A stretch of DNA of 64,000 nucleotides, from contig PAWM01000008.1 in assembly GCA_002714185.1 (NCBI GenBank), positions 3,091 through 67,090 of the forward strand. Direction: 5' to 3'. The number at the start of each line of letters is the position of its first letter. Within the stretch, counting starts at the first letter, position 1. A model generated the notes under the pieces. It made no database searches, had not been told where the DNA came from, and was given only the letters and a program-made list of their open reading frames with translations. This stretch comes from Flavobacteriales bacterium. Its GTDB lineage: Bacteria > Bacteroidota > Bacteroidia > Flavobacteriales > TMED113. This document shows, piece after piece, positions 60,845-64,000 of the stretch. The position numbers and the translations under genes are program-made.

Positions 60845-63766
60845 TTGAAATATTTTTATAAATTTTTATTTCTTTCAATTTTTTTGTTTTTCGGATTCTC
60901 TAAAAACAATGATTTTTATGTTCAAAATCAAATACCTTATTTGACTTCAGAAAATATTATTTGGTCTGATAGTGTATTAAATACTTTGTCTATTGATCAA
61001 AAAATAGCTCAATTATTTATGGTAGTTGGTACAGGAAAGGGTTTAGGTGAGTCTTATTATCAAGAAATTGATAGCTTGATTACAAATTATCAAATTGGTG
61101 GTGTAATTTTTTTACAATCTAGTCCAAATAAATTAAAAAATATAATTAATAGGTATAATGACAAAAGTAGTATTCCATTGTTAACATCCATTGATGCCGA
61201 ATGGGGTTTAGGCATGAGACTTGATAGTGTTCAGTCTTTTCCTTGGATGATGACATTAGGTGCTATTCAAAATAAATCTTTAATTTATGATTTTGGATGT
61301 GAGGTTGCAAAACAGTTAAATGAGTTGGGTATTCATATTAATTTTGCTCCTGTTATAGATGTGAATAATAATCCTAATAATCCAATTATTGACAGAAGAG
61401 CATTTAGTTCAAATCCACAATCTGTTGCTTTAAGTGGTGTGCAATATATGTATGGTTTACAAGATAATAATGTATTAGCTTGTGCAAAACATTTTCCTGG
61501 TCATGGTGATACTGATATTGATTCGCATAAAAGTTTACCAGTTTTATTTCACAATAAGAACAGGCTCGACAGTATTGAGTTGAAACCTTTTCGTTATTTG
61601 ATTAATAGAGGCTTAGGGTCAGTTATGATTGCACATATTAACCTCCCATTAATTGACACTTTAGATATTCCCTCATCTTTATCTAGTTATCTTATTAAAG
61701 ACATTTTAAAGAATGAAATGAATTTTAAAGGATTAGTTGTCAGCGATGCTTTAAACATGAATGCATTATCCAATTACAATAGTCCAGGCGAAAGAGAGTT
61801 GAATGCTTTTTTAGCAGGTAATGATATTCTACTATGTCCTGATAATATAGCAGAGTCAATTAATATAATAAAAAAAGCAATATATCAAAATCCATTGCTA
61901 ATCGAAGCACTAGACGAGAGTTGTAGAAAAATTTTAATGATTAAAAAATGGGCAGGTGCATTTAATGATATAAAAAAAAATAATTTTAATACAAATACTC
62001 GCACATCTGAATTATTAAATTATACTTTGTCTAAAAATGCAATTACTATATTAAAAAATAAGAGTAATTTATTACCACTTAAAAATATAAAAGATAAAAA
62101 AATGGCTTGTGTCTTAATGGGAGAAGATTCAGGTGATTTATTTTATCAAAGATTAAATAATTATCTATCTATAGATAAATATAATTTAGATGAATTTGAA
62201 GGAAATAAATTATTAGATGTTCTAAAATCCTATGACTTAGTTATTGTAGGTATGCATTTTTCTAATAATAATTTTTGGGAGAAACACACACTTTCAAACA
62301 GAGATTCAATTTTTATATCAAACTTGAATCAACAAAATAAAACAATTATTTCTGTGTTTGGTCATCCTAGAATTATTAACTCTATAGATTGTCAAAATAT
62401 AAATAGTTTAATTCTTGCATATCAGAACTCAAATTCATTTCAGGATTTAGTTGCTCAAGTGCATTTTGGTTCTATTGGTGCAAATGGACGATTATCAACT
62501 GAATTAAATAATTTTAAGTTTGGTTGTGGTTTAAATTTAGATCCAATAAGAGATTTTGGATTTGTGTTACCTGAAGAATGTGGGGTAAATTTTAATTCTT
62601 TAGAAAAAGTTGATTCATTAGTTCAAGATGCTATTAGTCAAGGAGTAATGCCTGGTTGTCAAGTTGTTGCATCAAGATTTGGTAAAATATTTTACAATAA
62701 ATCATTTGGTTTTCACACATATGATTCACTGAAACCCGTTGAAGATGCTGATTTATATGACATTGCTTCTATTACTAAAATTGCATCAGCAGCACCAATT
62801 TTAATAAAATTGCATAAGGAGAATAAAATTAAATTAAATAAAAAAATTAGGTCATATTATGCAAAATTTAAAAATAGTGAAATTCAGAATTTAAAAATAA
62901 TTGATATTCTATCTCATCAAGCTCAATTATTTCCTTGGATTCCTTTTTGGGAGTATTTTATGGATGTAGATAATAAATTAGATGAAAATATTTTTTCAAA
63001 TTTATCTTCTGAAAAATATGACATTCAAATTGCTGAAAACTTGTTTTTTAATAAACAATATATAGATACTATGTATAGTATTATGTGTGAATATCCTTTA
63101 TTAGAAAAAAAGGAATATAAATATAGTGATTTAGGCTTTTATTTACTTAAACCAATAATAGAGAGTAAATTGTCATTAAATATAGAAGATTATTTACAAG
63201 ATAATATATATGATCCAATTGAGGCTTTTAGAATTACGTATAATCCAATTGATAAGACGTCTTTAAATTCAATAATTCCTACTGAAAAAGACACACATTT
63301 TCGTAATCAATTAGTTCATGGTTATGTGCATGATCAAGGTGCTGCCTTATTAGGAGGTGTGTCTTTGCATGCTGGATTATTTTCAAATGCAATTGATTTA
63401 ATGAAGTTGATGCAATTATATCTCGACGATGGATTCTCTTGTAATCAACAAATTTTATCAAAAAAATCAATTCAATATTTCACTACATCTCATTTTACTT
63501 TTGAGCAAAACAGGAGAGGTGTAATCTTCGATAAACCAAGTATTGATTCTGAAGAAAATGGTCCAACTTGTGATTCTATATCTCATCAAAGTTATGGGCA
63601 TACTGGTTTTACAGGAACTATGGTATGGGCAGATCCGACAACTAACTTGATTTATGTGTTTTTATCAAATGGAAGAGTTTATCCAAGTGGAAATAACACA
63701 TTATTATTAGAGAAAAATATAAGAACGGAAATTCAAAAGCTATTTTATCAATCTATATCTCATTAA
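60845..63766 (+). CDS. Fusion of GH3 beta-N-acetylhexosaminidase (NagZ-like) and a serine beta-lactamase/PBP-like hydrolase
   Basis: 973 aa, TTG start, signal peptide. GH3 motifs IDAEWGLGMR, KHFPGHGDTDIDSH and VVSDALNM. The C-terminal half has SITK (SxxK), YSDLGF and GHTGFTG (KTG-like). Confidence 0.87.
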   Translation: MKYFYKFLFLSIFLFFGFSKNNDFYVQNQIPYLTSENIIWSDSVLNTLSIDQKIAQLFMVVGTGKGLGESYYQEIDSLITNYQIGGVIFLQSSPNKLKNIINRYNDKSSIPLLTSIDAEWGLGMRLDSVQSFPWMMTLGAIQNKSLIYDFGCEVAKQLNELGIHINFAPVIDVNNNPNNPIIDRRAFSSNPQSVALSGVQYMYGLQDNNVLACAKHFPGHGDTDIDSHKSLPVLFHNKNRLDSIELKPFRYLINRGLGSVMIAHINLPLIDTLDIPSSLSSYLIKDILKNEMNFKGLVVSDALNMNALSNYNSPGERELNAFLAGNDILLCPDNIAESINIIKKAIYQNPLLIEALDESCRKILMIKKWAGAFNDIKKNNFNTNTRTSELLNYTLSKNAITILKNKSNLLPLKNIKDKKMACVLMGEDSGDLFYQRLNNYLSIDKYNLDEFEGNKLLDVLKSYDLVIVGMHFSNNNFWEKHTLSNRDSIFISNLNQQNKTIISVFGHPRIINSIDCQNINSLILAYQNSNSFQDLVAQVHFGSIGANGRLSTELNNFKFGCGLNLDPIRDFGFVLPEECGVNFNSLEKVDSLVQDAISQGVMPGCQVVASRFGKIFYNKSFGFHTYDSLKPVEDADLYDIASITKIASAAPILIKLHKENKIKLNKKIRSYYAKFKNSEIQNLKIIDILSHQAQLFPWIPFWEYFMDVDNKLDENIFSNLSSEKYDIQIAENLFFNKQYIDTMYSIMCEYPLLEKKEYKYSDLGFYLLKPIIESKLSLNIEDYLQDNIYDPIEAFRITYNPIDKTSLNSIIPTEKDTHFRNQLVHGYVHDQGAALLGGVSLHAGLFSNAIDLMKLMQLYLDDGFSCNQQILSKKSIQYFTTSHFTFEQNRRGVIFDKPSIDSEENGPTCDSISHQSYGHTGFTGTMVWADPTTNLIYVFLSNGRVYPSGNNTLLLEKNIRTEIQKLFYQSISH

Positions 63767-63768
63767 TT

Positions 63769-64000
63769 ATGAAATCAATTTACATATTAATATTTTTCTT
63801 ATCATTAAAGTTATTTTGCCAAGTTAACTTTGTTGATGAAAATGGTTTAAAGCAAGGCCATTGGAAATTATATTTTCCTTATCATAAATCTGACAGTTTA
63901 ATTTCGGAAGAAGGTAATTTTATTAATAGTTTAGAAGATGGTTGTTGGATTAAATATCATGAGAATAGTCAAATCCGTGAGATTATTAACTTTAATTTTG
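63769..64000 (+). CDS. Partial (5' end only) secreted protein with MORN-variant/YwqK-like repeats
   Basis: Hand translation gives MKSIYILIFFLSLKLFCQVNFVDENGLKQGHWKLYFPYHKSDSLISEEGNFINSLEDGCWIKYHENSQIREIINFNF. The G.W..Y...G repeats and the frame stay open to the window edge. Confidence 0.5.
   Translation, partial: MKSIYILIFFLSLKLFCQVNFVDENGLKQGHWKLYFPYHKSDSLISEEGNFINSLEDGCWIKYHENSQIREIINFNF

Noticed and set aside
1-64000. Search for CRISPR arrays, tRNA or rRNA genes, IS elements, integrases, prophage genes, toxin-antitoxin pairs or defence islands
   Set aside because: No direct-repeat/spacer arrays, no tRNA-like GTTCGAAT-type T-arms in intergenic regions, no transposase, integrase or recombinase motifs and no clustered nuclease/ATPase defence-type genes were seen. 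The window reads as core genome.

Overview
This is a strongly AT-rich, very gene-dense chromosomal segment that reads as core genome of a marine Bacteroidota (Flavobacteriia-like) organism. The clues are a T9SS C-terminal sorting domain, TAnnTTTG -7 promoter boxes upstream of many genes, and DUF4834/YfhO and Ddl/PASTA/RluD neighbourhoods. I support about 55 protein genes, mostly housekeeping: dnaB, accA, ispE, tgt, rsmG, rpmH, carB, nadC, rlmH, rdgB, ddl, rluD, mnmE, sucD, fabG, uvrB, aroE, glmM, gap, dapF, mltG, trxB and gcvT. I also support one RNase P RNA, one TPP riboswitch and a few intrinsic terminators. I saw no rRNA, tRNA, CRISPR array, transposase, integrase or phage genes. I did not find a self-contained defence-island-type system.

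The most unusual object is a 1402-aa secreted T9SS cargo protein (6276..10484). It has about 110 Cys and no Lys or Arg across about 1,320 consecutive residues. It is built from a CxxCH module, eukaryote-like Cys-knot modules, a tandem roughly 190-aa duplication and a thrombospondin-type-3 repeat.

Other points worth follow-up:
- a translationally coupled YfhO/GT4/flippase/GT2 operon
- an M1 metallopeptidase fused to an Omp85-type barrel
- a heptaheme-TPR lipoprotein
- comA and comB (sulfolactate pathway) in a flavobacterium
- a uvrB gene split by a 1-nt homopolymer frameshift
- an rsmG 3' end that looks shifted in an A10 run
- an mnmE gene whose conserved N-terminus lies upstream of any canonical start codon

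All family assignments are from motif recognition by eye. No database search was possible.
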